Shown: positions 48,420 to 59,170 of the stretch, one piece after another
Numbering within the stretch: the first letter of the stretch is position 1
Layout: every line of letters starts with the position of its first letter
Source of the DNA: Camelus dromedarius
Taxonomy: Eukaryota
Assembly: GCF_036321535.1 (NCBI RefSeq)
Contig: NC_087459.1
Coordinates: forward strand, 4,154,001-4,218,000
Direction: 5' to 3'
DNA length: 64,000 bases
Made by a program: the position numbers and the translations under genes
Notes under the pieces: generated by a model
Database searches by the model: none
What the model was told of the DNA's origin: nothing
Seen by the model: only the letters and a program-made list of their open reading frames with translations

Positions 48420-49010
48420 TGAGTCTGGGGAATATATGTCAGCATGATACACATGTTACACTAGAGGTAAGCCAAGGTGCTATATTTAGAAAGATAGACC
48501 AGGGACACATAAGCAAGTTTGAGGGGTTAGCCAAACCACGAGAGGGACAAGGGATGCTGAATCAATCTCAAAGACTAGAAGTTTGTAAGTCATGGAGAGC
48601 AGCAGAGCGTGCTGAGGGAAGATAGAGCAGTGTGTGCAAAAGCTTGAGAGCCTGGTCTTTGCAGAGGCAAATGAGAAGCCATTGGATGGTTTAAAACAGT
48701 GGTGTTCCATGATCAGATTTCACATGGCAGGATAATCACTGTTTTGGTTATTTACGGACTGGCTTGGGAGAATAGTGGAGAGGTAGACCAGGGGATACCA
48801 GAGAGACATCTATTACAGCTGAGAGACAGTATCAGTAAGGATAAAGACAGTGGGATGGGAAAGATAGGTGCTTTGAGAGATTCTGCTGGCAAAATTGACT
48901 GAATTTAATTGACATTATGAGGTCAAAGAACATTCTGTCTTGTTGATTACCGTATTCCTTTACCGCATCCAATACGAGTTCAACACATATGTAGTAAATG
49001 AATGAAAGAA
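48420..49010 (-). mobile_element. L2a fragment
   Basis: ggcaaatgagaagccattggatggtttaaaacagtggtgttccatgatcagatttcacatggcaggataatcact...gagattctgctggcaaaattgactg. Confidence 0.85.
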
Positions 49011-49606
49011 TGAATTCTGGGGCCATGAATTGATAGATCTTTAGATTGGAGTGGAGATATCAAGCTGTCCTAGTTCAGTAACACAAGCAATTAAAATGAC
49101 TTTTAAAAAATGTAGCCTCCCCCTTCCAAAAAAAAAAAAAACAAAAAAAAACAAAAAACCCAGCTCCTCCTGGATTCCATGTTTATTAAATAATCTGATT
49201 TGTAATTTTACTTACTACTTAGCATTCAGTGATTAGGCATGGAAAGTTTTATTTCTTCTTATACAAGAATGCATGACATCTGGTTTCTACATGGAACCCT
49301 TAAGACTCTGGTCTGGGGGTACTGGGTGTCTTCAGGTGTCCCCAGAGATGAGTATTTGTACTTAAGAACATAAGGCCCTATTTAGGTAACTAGTCATGCT
49401 GTTTCTCCATCATAACCTGATCCTGTTATTTCTATGATATTCCAGTGGAATCAACCGTAAGTTTTATTTTGTGACTCTGAAACAATGATTACATTGCCCA
49501 AGGAAGGACCACTGTTGGGAGCGTCTTAGAAAAGAGACTTAAGAAATGGTAGTGGCCAGACTAAAGGGACAAACCCTAGGGAACTAGTTCTGTATTAGAT
49601 CTGTCC

Positions 49607-49831
49607 CAGTGGTTTTCAACGGGGGGCAATTTTGTCCACTCCACTCCCACCTAAAGACACCTGACAATGTCTAGAGACCATTTTTGTTGTCACAGTAGTG
49701 GGGAGGAGTGCCGCTGGCATCTAGTTGATGGAGGCCAGAGATGCTACTAAACATCCTACAATGTAAAGGACAGCCCCTCTCAAGAAGGGATTATCTGGCC
49801 TCAAATGTCAATGTCAATGTTGAGGAACCTG
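49607..49831 (+). mobile_element. MER20 (hAT-Charlie MITE), full length
   Basis: cagtggttttcaacggggggcaattttgtcc...ctggcatctagttgatggaggccagagatgctactaaacatcctacaatg...tgttgaggaacctg. Confidence 0.9.
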
Positions 49832-49879
49832 ATCTAGACATACATCTGAGGAAGAGGAGATGATGTATTAAAGAAAGAA

Positions 49880-50050
49880 GGTCTCAAGACTGGGTTCTAG
49901 TCCCACTCTGACACTAACTCACTAACAGTTACTAACAGTCACTAACAGACTTTTCTAAGTCACTGGATTTATCTGGACCTCAAGGTTCTCACCTACCACC
50001 TAGAAAGACTGGAGCTAGTTCTAGATCCCTAATTCTCCCCCAGTTCTGAA
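49880..50050 (+). mobile_element. MIR SINE fragment
   Basis: gactgggttctagtcccactctgacactaac...aagtcactggatttatctggacctcaaggttctcacct. Confidence 0.7.
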
Positions 50051-50639
50051 ATGTTATGAATTTGTGACTGCCCCTGGGGTCTTTTCATCATCTCTGAGAA
50101 ATCTGCTTTCAGTCTGGCGCACAGAAACTGGTTCGAGGAGAGGTCATGTCAGGAACTTCCCTTATAGATGGCCTGACCCTCTAAATTATTTTGAAAAGTT
50201 TTCTGCTGTGCTGAAGGACATTAAATGCAAAGGTGATAAGTTCTTTCTTTGGAGAAAGTATTGTTTTATACTTCTTCTGAAATTCAATAACTTGAATTCA
50301 GCCACACTACCCAGGAGAAAATGAGGAAAAGAGACTAGAAACCAGAACTAAAATCCGAGAATCAAAATTTAAAGATCCAAGGATTCTTCAATTTATGTTT
50401 CCATGCAAAATAGGGAATTTGACATAAGCTCTATTTGCTGCCACTCAAAGTTGCTGTTAAGATTAAATGAGATATTCCTCAAATAGTTTCAACAAACACT
50501 TATTGATCGAGTGATAGCTCCCTGGCATGACCTGTATATTGAAAAGCATTTTGGATAGTGAAAAATACTGACTAAATATAGGAATCATTACTAGCAGCTT
50601 ATAAAACAATGTCCAAGGTATGAGGAAATGCTAACTGAT

Positions 50640-50990
50640 GGGCAAATTAGAGTGCAATTTACCAAGTCCTCTCTGGTCCTCCTGGGTCACTTCACACTGG
50701 GATGTATGATCATTAAATATGACCCTCAAAGGCACTATGTCTAGAGGAGGGGAAATTATTCAATTTTAAGACAAGATTTTAAACAAGGGCCGAGCTGTTT
50801 CATCTGCTTGGATTTGGGTCACTAATTACACCCAATGATCTTCAAGTAATGAATGTAACAGGACCTCATAAATTGTGCAGTGGCAATGAGTTTCCTTTCT
50901 GCCCTTTTTCATCATAAATTGAGACTGATGCCTTTTCCAATTAGTTAATGGCAATTCTATGTTTATCACAGAGATGAGACAAAGGAGGAG
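50640..50990. promoter_or_regulatory. Candidate homeodomain-rich enhancer
   Basis: TCATAAATT twice (50866, 50912); CTAATTA (50822); CAATTAGTTAATGG (50938); unique DNA. Confidence 0.4.
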
Positions 50991-51459
50991 GGACTTGGAT
51001 TAGAGTCTTTGTTGTGCTGATGTTGTGAGTCCCTAAATCTGCTCTTCTCCCTCTCTGATCTTGTTTCCTTGTTGGAAGAAGTATGATGTTGCATCAGATG
51101 ATTTCTCAAGTCTTTTATGACTCTCAAATTCCAGGATTGTAAGTAAAATTCATTTGTGATGTTGAAGAAGAGACATTATTAAAATGGTCAAACTTCGCAT
51201 TTCTCCCAATGGAAGATTATCTTTTATACTGATTTAAAATAAAGTGATGTACTTGAACTGCATCTAATTTCTGGTCACAATGAATAGTAAAGCAGGTTTA
51301 AATCACAGCATGGGAAATTTGGGGTAGAGAAGAAAAGATGTCTTATTGGTAACTGAAGAAGGATAAGCCACTATATACCTTCCCAAAGATGTGGTGTGGG
51401 TCTTACTAGTTGAGATTATTAAAGGGAAGCTAGAAACTTTATGTATTTGGCCACGTGCA

Positions 51460-51802
51460 CACTATGGACTACAAGTGTGTGTTCTCTTAAAATTCGTATG
51501 AGGAAATTCTAATCCTCAATGTGTGGTATTAGGAGGTGGGGCTTTTGGGAGGTGATTAGGTCATGAGGGTGGAGCCCTCATAAATGGGATTAGTGCCCTA
51601 ATAAGAAGAGATCTGAGAGCTTGCTTGCTGTCTCTCTCTCTGCTCTCTGTGATGGAGAGGTCACTGCAAGAAGACAGCCAACCACAAACCAAGAAGTGGG
51701 TTCTTACAGACATCAAATCTTCAGGCAGCTTGTGAGAAACAGATTTCTGGTAAGTCACCCAGTTTGTGGTACTTTTGTTATAACAGCCTGAACTGACTAA
51801 CA
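51460..51802 (+). mobile_element. MLT1A/A0-type LTR
   Basis: ctatggact...aggaggtggggcttttgggaggtgattaggtcatgagggtggagccctcataaatgggattagtgccct...cttttgttataacagcctgaactgactaaca. Confidence 0.9.
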
Positions 51803-52176
51803 AAGTGCATTTCTTTCGAGAAGGAAGAAGATTGACCACAGAACAGAATGAGGAAATTTTTCAGTAATGCAGCCTAGCCCAAGGATCACTAAACCAGCTC
51901 ATAGGATCAGGTGAGCTGCATTTGAGGACCAGACCTTAGCCGTTTCCTACTTGCTTTTATTTTCTCCAAGGACTTGATGCTGTGACTTCAGTTATCTGTT
52001 TCAGCTTCCATCTTCTCCTGAGTTATCCTTCCTGGTAATCCAGATCTTACATTTCCACTATTTATGAAACCTAGTTCTTTTCACATTTGCAATTCCTGGA
52101 ATAACTAGGCCAGCCATAGTGTCCTGGAACCCAACCATTGCTCCTGACATTAGGTCAGAGAGGAAAGCAAAGCACC

Positions 52177-52355
52177 TGTAATACTCAAAGTTCTCTAGAG
52201 AAACAGAGCANNNNNNNNNNNNNNNNNNNNNNNNNNNNNNNNNNNNNNNNNNNNNNNNNNNNNNNNNNNNNNNNNNNNNNNNNNNNNNNNNNNNNNNNNN
52301 NNNNNNNNNNNNNNNNNNNNNNNNNNNNNNNNNNNNNNNATATCTGCCACTGCCA
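52177..52355 (-). mobile_element. MLT2-type (ERVL) LTR fragment, mostly masked (52211-52339)
   Basis: tgtaatactcaaagttctctagagaaacagagc resembles the MLT2 terminus tgtattagtcagggttctccagagaaacagaacc. Confidence 0.55.
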
Positions 52356-52789
52356 CTGCCACTTAAGCATCATTGGATCTGCTGGATCATATATTCTGAG
52401 AGGTAGAGCAGCTGGAGTAACAGCCTGAACGTGCTGCAGAATCTTGGCTTCGTGGGTCCTATATCAATCAATTTGGCCTGATCCAACTTTATCTTCCATC
52501 ATTCCCCCATACCTTTAGTATCCACTTCTAAACATGTTCCCTGAATTAGAATCTCCAAGTTCATCCTTTTCTCTCACCACTTTGTGGAAATGACTAATTG
52601 ACACTTTAGTCTGATACTTGTACAAAAAGACTTATAAAGTAATGAGGTAGTTGAGCGATAATAGTGATGAATTCTGCCAATGGTGTAGCAGTGGGGAAAT
52701 CGAGGAGGGCTTTACAGAGGAGGCGACATCTGAGTGGGTGTTGGGGTTGAATGGAAGTTTTTATGTCCGTCAAGGCTACTGGAAAGTAT

Positions 52790-53150
52790 ACTTTTTAAAA
52801 TTATTTAAATTGTTTTCCCCTTTGACCCTGAAATTTATTGAAGGACTTTCCTCAATAAAATAAAAATTGAGCAAGTGTGCAAATGATTGTCCAAAGATGT
52901 TCGCTGCACTGCTGTTTACAATGAGAAATTAGAAACAACCTAAAATGCCCATGTATTTATAAGAGAATTTATAAATCATACTAGGAACATAAATCAAATA
53001 CCTACGTTAAAAGGATATAGATCTATGTTTACTGCAACAGAAAAATTCCTGATAAATTTTTGGCTGAAAAACAAGCAAAGAAATAACAGCAACAAAAACC
53101 CAGCTAACAGAAAAATATGAGCAGCATGAGATCCTTTATACAATGTTCTG
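52790..53150 (+). mobile_element. L1ME/MC-type 3' fragment
   Basis: tgtccaaagatgttcgctgcactgctgtttacaatgagaaattagaaacaacctaaaatgcccat. Confidence 0.75.
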
Positions 53151-53279
53151 GGCATTTCTTTGATGTTTTATGGTATGAAGAGCGAGGCTGGCTCTCTACG
53201 GGCAGGTTTTCGGGCTTTCCAAGGGCTCCTGGATTTCTAAAGACAGAGGATGGGTGCTCAGGGCATACTCAGAAAATTT

Positions 53280-53750
53280 AAGAATAAAGGATGCAAACAG
53301 CTTGCAAAAATGAATATAATCGGAAAGCAATTAACTGGTGTTGGTTATTTTCAAGGCCTGGAGCTGCCCCCATTTCAGCTTGAGAAAACATAGCCTTGGT
53401 TGGCTCAGNNNNNNNNNNNNNNNNNNNNNNNNNNNNNNNNNNNNNNNNNNNNNNNNNNNNNNNNNNNNNNNNNNNNNNNNNNNNNNNNNNNNNNNNNNNN
53501 NNNNNNNNNNNNNNNNNNNNNNNNNNNNNNNNNNNNNNNNNNNNNNNNNNNNNNNNNNNNNNNNNNNNNNNNNNNNNNNGTGGCATTGCCAACACACAGG
53601 CCGTTCCTGCTTGCCCCAGCGCTACTGCTTGCTCTGCAATGAATAAAGTTCTGGGGATCTTTGCTGTCAGGGTCAAAATGGAATAAATTCCAGCCAAGAG
53701 AGAGGTCAGAGTCAGGCTGGGGCTGAGGGCCCCAGAACCATAGGGATTCA
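53280..53750. promoter_or_regulatory. Candidate conserved element with N-masked core (53409-53579)
   Basis: Unique flanks with ATGCAAAC (53291), ATGAATAT (53310) and GCAATTAAC (53327). Confidence 0.35.
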
Positions 53751-53754
53751 TTCC

Positions 53755-53900
53755 TTTGCTTATTATTCATTCAGTCCATTTTACTGACCTAATTGTGCAA
53801 CGCTAGGCTCTGAGGATGGATAAGAAAGACCTGGTTGGCCTCTGTCTTTAAGCAGAGAACAGAGGGGCTTCAAAACAAATTGTACAACTCATTACTTAAT
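53755..53900 (-). mobile_element. L2 3' fragment
   Basis: ttattcattcagtccattttactgacctaattgtgcaacgctaggctctgaggat...aagacctggttggcctctg. Confidence 0.6.
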
Positions 53901-54321
53901 TACAGTGAATACATGTAGTAATTCCTTGGAGATTTGGTCTCTTCTCACTGGTAGTATCACTGCCAATGGTAAAACAAGGTTATGGGGCCAGTCTAGATGG
54001 GGAGGAGGATGGAGCTAGAGTTCAAGTACAGGAACGTTGTCTACACAGTTGCACTTCAGGTCAAAGAATCTGAATTGGCTAACAGATCCAAGGAGTATAA
54101 AGATGAGGCTAGTTAAGAGAGGCTTTCAGGCCAACAACCTTAAACCAGTTCATAACAGCTGGGAAGCCCCTGAGCCCACATATGGTTGCTTGGTTGGTTT
54201 GTCTATTTGAATTGCTGATTTCCGATTGCCAATGCCAATAACTTGCTTGGGGAGCATTCAATAAACAGATATTAAAAGAACAAGTGAACTAAAAATGCAA
54301 TAGTGTGGAGTGTTGAGTATT

Positions 54322-54357
<36 letters not shown>
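54322..54357. repeat. (ATG)12 microsatellite
   Basis: 36-bp perfect repeat; produces the poly-Met and poly-Ile ORFs. Confidence 0.95.
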
Positions 54358-54879
54358 CAGTGGGGGCTTAATCTGCATGGTGGGGATATCTGGACAAATC
54401 CTCCAGGGGTCTGTTTATGTAAGTCTCTCCCTAGGCTTCCTGGGAAAGGGGTGCAGGGGACTCTGAAGCTGACATCCAGCTTTCCTAGAGGGCCAATTAA
54501 TAGCACTCTTATAAAGAGAACCAGAGGCCACCGAACATCAAGGGATGAACATTCACTGTGAGGTAGGAGGATAGTGAAACCAAACTGACACAGTTTGTGG
54601 TCAGCAGAGAGGGAGGTGGACATTTTTAAGAGTTTCGGTTTTCTGGGGAAAACACTTCATGTCTCTTCTGGGAAAGAAAGCTACGACAGAGAAGGACCTG
54701 GGTGGGCTGCCCTTTGGAAGAGAATAGAAATAGAAATAATTTGAGAGGAAATTTTTCTCTGTGATCATTTCTTCAGAAGCAGAGCATGGAAATAGCAGCT
54801 AATGGCCATAGAGAAGTACTGCAGGGATGCCCAGCGGATTTGGAGGCTTGTGGTGGGAATTCAGATTGTACAGCAGGAC

Positions 54880-55550
54880 TGTACACAAGGACTTGAATAT
54901 CAAGTGTTGGGGAAACAGAAGTGGATAAGGCATGAGTGTTCCTTGCCCTCGAGCTGACTGCGGTCCTATATTGTCAGGCTGTTCTCAGGGATGTGGAAGG
55001 AGGGGGTCTCCAGTTCAGCATGGTGGTGGGTGCTCAGGGAGGGATATTTAGGGAAACTTCCAAAAGGAGGTGATGACTGAGAATTAAGGGATAAGCAGAT
55101 GCTAGCTGAAGAGGGAGGTAAGGACACTTCAGGCAGGGAGGTTACATTTATAAAAAAGGGGGAGTGGGTGAGAATCAGTATGGTTTGTGGGAGGGATTAT
55201 AAACAGTTGGTGTTGCTGAGACTAAAATGAGAAATAGAGAAAGGAGGAGGTGCGGCTGGAAAGAAAATGAGGCCGGGTTTATTCAGTCTGCAAATGTTTC
55301 TCTTCACTGTTTAGTAGTCTCAGAACTGGAGACAGACGGAGTTTAGAATCCAAAGCGGGTTGACTGCCATGTTTAGGTGTTTGGGTTTTCTCATGGGGCA
55401 ATGGGGAGCCATTGATGGTTTAAGCGAGAGAGCAGTGAGATCACATTTGCATTTTAGAATCATTCTTCTGGCTGCAGTATGGAAACTGGGTTTGATGGGA
55501 GAGATGGAAGTGGGAGGCATAGTCATGAGTAACCAGCAAGAGAGATAATG
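54880..55550 (-). mobile_element. L2 fragment
   Basis: gtgttccttgccctcgagctgac...ggaaacttccaaaaggaggtgatgactgag...ggcaatggggagccattgatggtttaagcgagagag...agaatcattcttctggctgcagtatgga. Confidence 0.85.
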
Positions 55551-55739
55551 AGGTTGTGAGCTAGAAGGAAGGTCTTCCCACACCCTGGTTCCCCAAGGTG
55601 GGTGTGGATCTGAGAAACAGGGCTGCCAGGGTGACTGTGGGTGAAAGGATGAAATCCCATTTGGTTCTGTAGGAGCAACAATTAGGTGCCCAGGAAAAGG
55701 GAAAACATTTATCTGTCCCATCCCTCAGTGGTGCTTTTG

Positions 55740-56000
55740 TGCAGCGAAAATTGTGAAGTTGCTAAGTGGGAGGTGTGATTTATTTCATCTGGTACTCCCC
55801 AAACCAAGGGTGGTCAGGGCGGCAATGCAGACCACAAGCTGGCTAATGGAGATGAGAAAACCAACCCCAATTTGGGAGGCAGGCCGTTCCTAATTGAACT
55901 GTTGAGGGAATTTTGATAAATGACCTTGCCAAAGCAGTGAAATTAATAAATCATGCTTGATGCTGAAAGACTGTTTCCAGAGGGACAATAACAGGGCTCA
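55740..56000. promoter_or_regulatory. Candidate enhancer with T-box and PBX-HOX sites
   Basis: AGGTGTGA (55771) overlapping TGATTTAT (55776); inverted ATAAATCA (55946); ctaattga near 55890. Confidence 0.4.
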
Positions 56001-56393
56001 AATCCCACTGATGCTGGTGGCTTGGAAGGTGGCTGGAGTGTGTGCAGGAGACTCATGGTCTTTCTCCGCTCTCTAGGTGGGCTGGAGGAGCAAAACCCTA
56101 GTTAGCGTGGTCACTCTTCAAGTTTTTTTTTTTTTTAAAGCAGAAGAAAGTTGCAATTCCATGAGGAAGGAGAAAGGACCAAGCTGCTGCCTAAGACAGA
56201 AGGTTAAAGACATCCTTTTCAGACTTAGCGACGGGTGAATGGATTCTGATAGAGAAGACAGCAGTCTGCATGGCTGCTCAAATCAAACGCCAGAGGGGAA
56301 ATGAGGGGCAGGGCACTTCGCTCTGTACAATGATCTCTTTTTTTTCTAAGGGTTAGCACCCCTAGGATCCTTGTCTTTTCAAATATCCTCCCC

Positions 56394-57377
56394 AGAAAAT
56401 ATTTGCAAATGATTTGACTGACAAGGGCTTAACTCCCAGAATATACAAACAGCTCATACAACTCAATAACTAAAAACAAACAACCCAATCAAAAAATGGG
56501 CAGAAGACCTAAACAGATATTTCTCCAATGAAGACATACCGATGGCCAATAGGAACATGAAAAGATGTTCAATATTGCTAATTACCAGAGAAATGCAAAT
56601 TAAAACTACAATGAGGTATTCACCTCACATTGGTCAGAATGGTCTTCATTAAAATGTCCATAAACAATAAATGCTGAAGAGGGTGTGGGGAAAAGNNNNN
56701 NNNNNNNNNNNNNNNNNNNNNNNNNNNNNNNNNNNNNNNNNNNNNNNNNNNNNNNNNNNNNNNNNNNNNNNNNNNNNNNNNNNNNNNNNNNNNNNNNNNN
56801 NNNNNNNNNNNNNNNNNNNNNNNNNNCAGAGGAAACTCTAATTTGAAAAGATACATGCCCCTCAGTGTTCATAGCAGTACTATATACAATAGTCAAGACA
56901 TGGAAGCAACCTAAATGTACACACACACACACACACACACACTGGAATACTACTCAGCCATAAAAAAGAATGAAATAATGCTATTTGCAGCAATGTGGAT
57001 GGATCTAGAGATTATCACACTACATGAAGTAAGTCAGACAAAGACAAATATCATATCATTTATATGTGGACTCTAAAAATATAACACAAAGAACTTATTT
57101 AAAGAACAGAAACAGACTCACAGACATAGAAAATAAACTTATTGTTACCAAAGGGGAAAGGGTAGGGGATAAATTAGCAGTTTGGGATTAGCAGATGCAA
57201 ACTACTATATGTAAAATAGAAAAACAATAAGGTCCTACTGTATAGCACAGGGAACTGTATTCAATATCTTGTAATAACCTATAATGAAAAAGAACATACG
57301 TATGTATAACTGAATCACCTTGCTGTACACCAGAAACTAACACAACATTGTAAATCAACTATACTTCAATAAAAAAA
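56394..57377 (+). mobile_element. 5'-truncated L1 (ORF2 end plus 3'UTR), camelid-like
   Basis: agaaaatatttgcaaatg...acccaatcaaaaaatgggcagaagacc...cagaggaaactctaatttgaaaagatac; 13-bp TSD caaatatcctccc (56380-56392 / 57401-57413). Confidence 0.95.
56919..56942. repeat. (AC)12 microsatellite inside L1
   Basis: Direct count; occupies the place of missing L1 sequence. Confidence 0.9.
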
Positions 57378-57589
57378 CAAATTCCACCCCCGCCACCCAG
57401 CAAATATCCTCCCTTAGCTTCCTGGACTCTGAGATGGAGCACCCCATTCCATCAAGTCAAAGCATTTACACGGAAGAAAAAAATCAAATCCAACTTGGCA
57501 CATGACCTTTCATGGCATTCGGGGACCAATTCCAACCTCATGCGCTCAGCATCTATCTTTTAGTAGAGAAGAACAGTATGAGGTCTCTC

Positions 57590-57663
57590 GGAAAAGGAAA
57601 CAGCTCTTAATCCTCATAGGGTCGGCATTACCATCCTCATTTGATAAATGAGGAAACTGAGGC
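57590..57663 (-). mobile_element. MIR fragment abutting MER21
   Basis: ttaatcctcatagggtc...ccatcctcatttgataaatgaggaaactgagg. Confidence 0.8.
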
Positions 57664-58231
57664 TGCGATATTTGTGATTTATAGTAAGAAATGTGTGTTT
57701 GATCTTCTTCCCATTTCTGCACAGAGTTTCTAAAACCCATGGAATTTCTTAATGATGAAGAGTGGTAAAGGTAACTTTGTTAGGCTAAAATGATGATTTG
57801 GAGACTTCTCCTAAGGATGGGAGTTGGTTGCCAGGAGAACCAACCATGTGATTAGAGGGCTGGAATTTTCATTCCCATCTCCTAACTTCCAAGCTGGAGG
57901 TTGAATCAATCACCAATGGCCAATGATTTAACCAATCATGCCTATGTAATGAAGCTGCCATAAAAAACCCAAAGGGTGGGGTTTGGAGAGCTTCTGCATT
58001 GGAGAACACATGGAAATTTGGGGAGAGTGGTGAGGCTGGAGAGGGCATGGAAGCTGTGCACTTTTCCCCCACCCTTGTTCTATATGTCCCTTCCATCTGG
58101 CTGTTTCTAAATTATATCCGTTTATAGTAAATTGGTAATCTAGTAAGTAAAATGTTTCTCTGAGTTCTGCGAGTCACTCAAGCAAATTAACCAAACCCAA
58201 GGAGGGGGTGGTTGGAACCTCTGATTTGAAA
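57664..58231 (+). mobile_element. MER21-type LTR, 3'-truncated
   Basis: tgcgatatttgtgatttatagtaagaaa...ttggttgccaggagaaccaaccatgtgattagagggctggaa...caatggccaatgatttaaccaatcatgcctatgtaatgaagc. Confidence 0.9.
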
Positions 58232-58374
58232 GTTTAAGTCATGAATATATATTCATGTATTTGTTATCTCACACACACACACACACAAACACACTACATA
58301 CACATGCATAGGGGTACTCTAGCTTTAACCAATGCAATTACAGTAAATTACCTGCCTGTTCTCCATAAGCACGG

Positions 58375-58393
58375 AGGAGCCACCTGATGGCAG
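58375..58393 (-). promoter_or_regulatory. Candidate CTCF site
   Basis: Minus strand CTGCCATCAGGTGGCTCCT versus consensus TGGCCACCAGGGGGCGCTA; core C-C-A-x-C-A-G-G-T-G-G-C retained. Confidence 0.3.
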
Positions 58394-58839
58394 AGGTACA
58401 CCCCCAGCTTGAACACAGATGTTTCTGTCCTTCCATCTAACCTGATTTGTAGGCTGGGAGGAGATGCATGTGGGCTGAAAGGCAAGCTGTATGTTTCTGC
58501 ATGTATGTTCAGAGTTCTTATAATGGACCTTTCTCTTTCTACCCGCTACCCCACCAGGATTTGCAAATCATGACTTATACTTTCAGATTTTTCTGCAGCA
58601 CTGGAAAGGGAACAAATACAGGAGATGAACGGTATTTGTATTGTCATATTTAAGAACTAGTGAATATTTTGGTTCAGAAGTTTTTATTTTTTAGTTTTTT
58701 GCTTGGGTAGGTATAAGCAGGTCTCAGATGGGCACTGGGATAAAACTGTAATTTGCTGGTTACATTCATGTAACAGTTCGCAAAGCATTATCTTGTAAGA
58801 TGGTCTTGACCTCCCCATGAGGTAGTTAATTCATTAATA

Positions 58840-59170
58840 CATTCACTCATTCACTTACTCATTCAAAAAGGATTCTTTGAGTTCCTACTAGATGCCAGGC
58901 ATGTTTTTAAATTCTGGGATTGGGGCACATATAACAGAAAAGGTTCCTGTCCTTGTAGAGCTAAAAATTTAGGTGGGGAGGTGGGAGGTAGATGATCAAA
59001 ACATAAACAAATGGAATGAATGGTGTGAGATGACAGCCAGTGGCTGGAGGGGTGGGTTATTGGGGGTATGAGTCAGTGAAGCCAAGGAGGTGACATTAAA
59101 GCTGATATTTGAAAGACAAGGAGTTGTTGGCCATGGGAAGCTAGAAACAGCTGGACTGTTTCAGCAAGAG
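58840..59170 (-). mobile_element. L2 3' fragment
   Basis: cattcactcattcacttactcattcaaaaaggattctttgagttcctactagatgccaggc...ggttcctgtccttgtagagct. Confidence 0.8.

Noticed and set aside
2932-49831. CTCF site usually carried by MER20 (copies at 2932 and 49607)
   Set aside because: Both copies have substitutions in the ccactagatg core (ccactggaag and caactagatg), so there is no basis to call them insulators.
54258-54623. Poly-Ile (minus) and poly-Met (plus) ORFs
   Set aside because: Both are readings of the (ATG)12 repeat.
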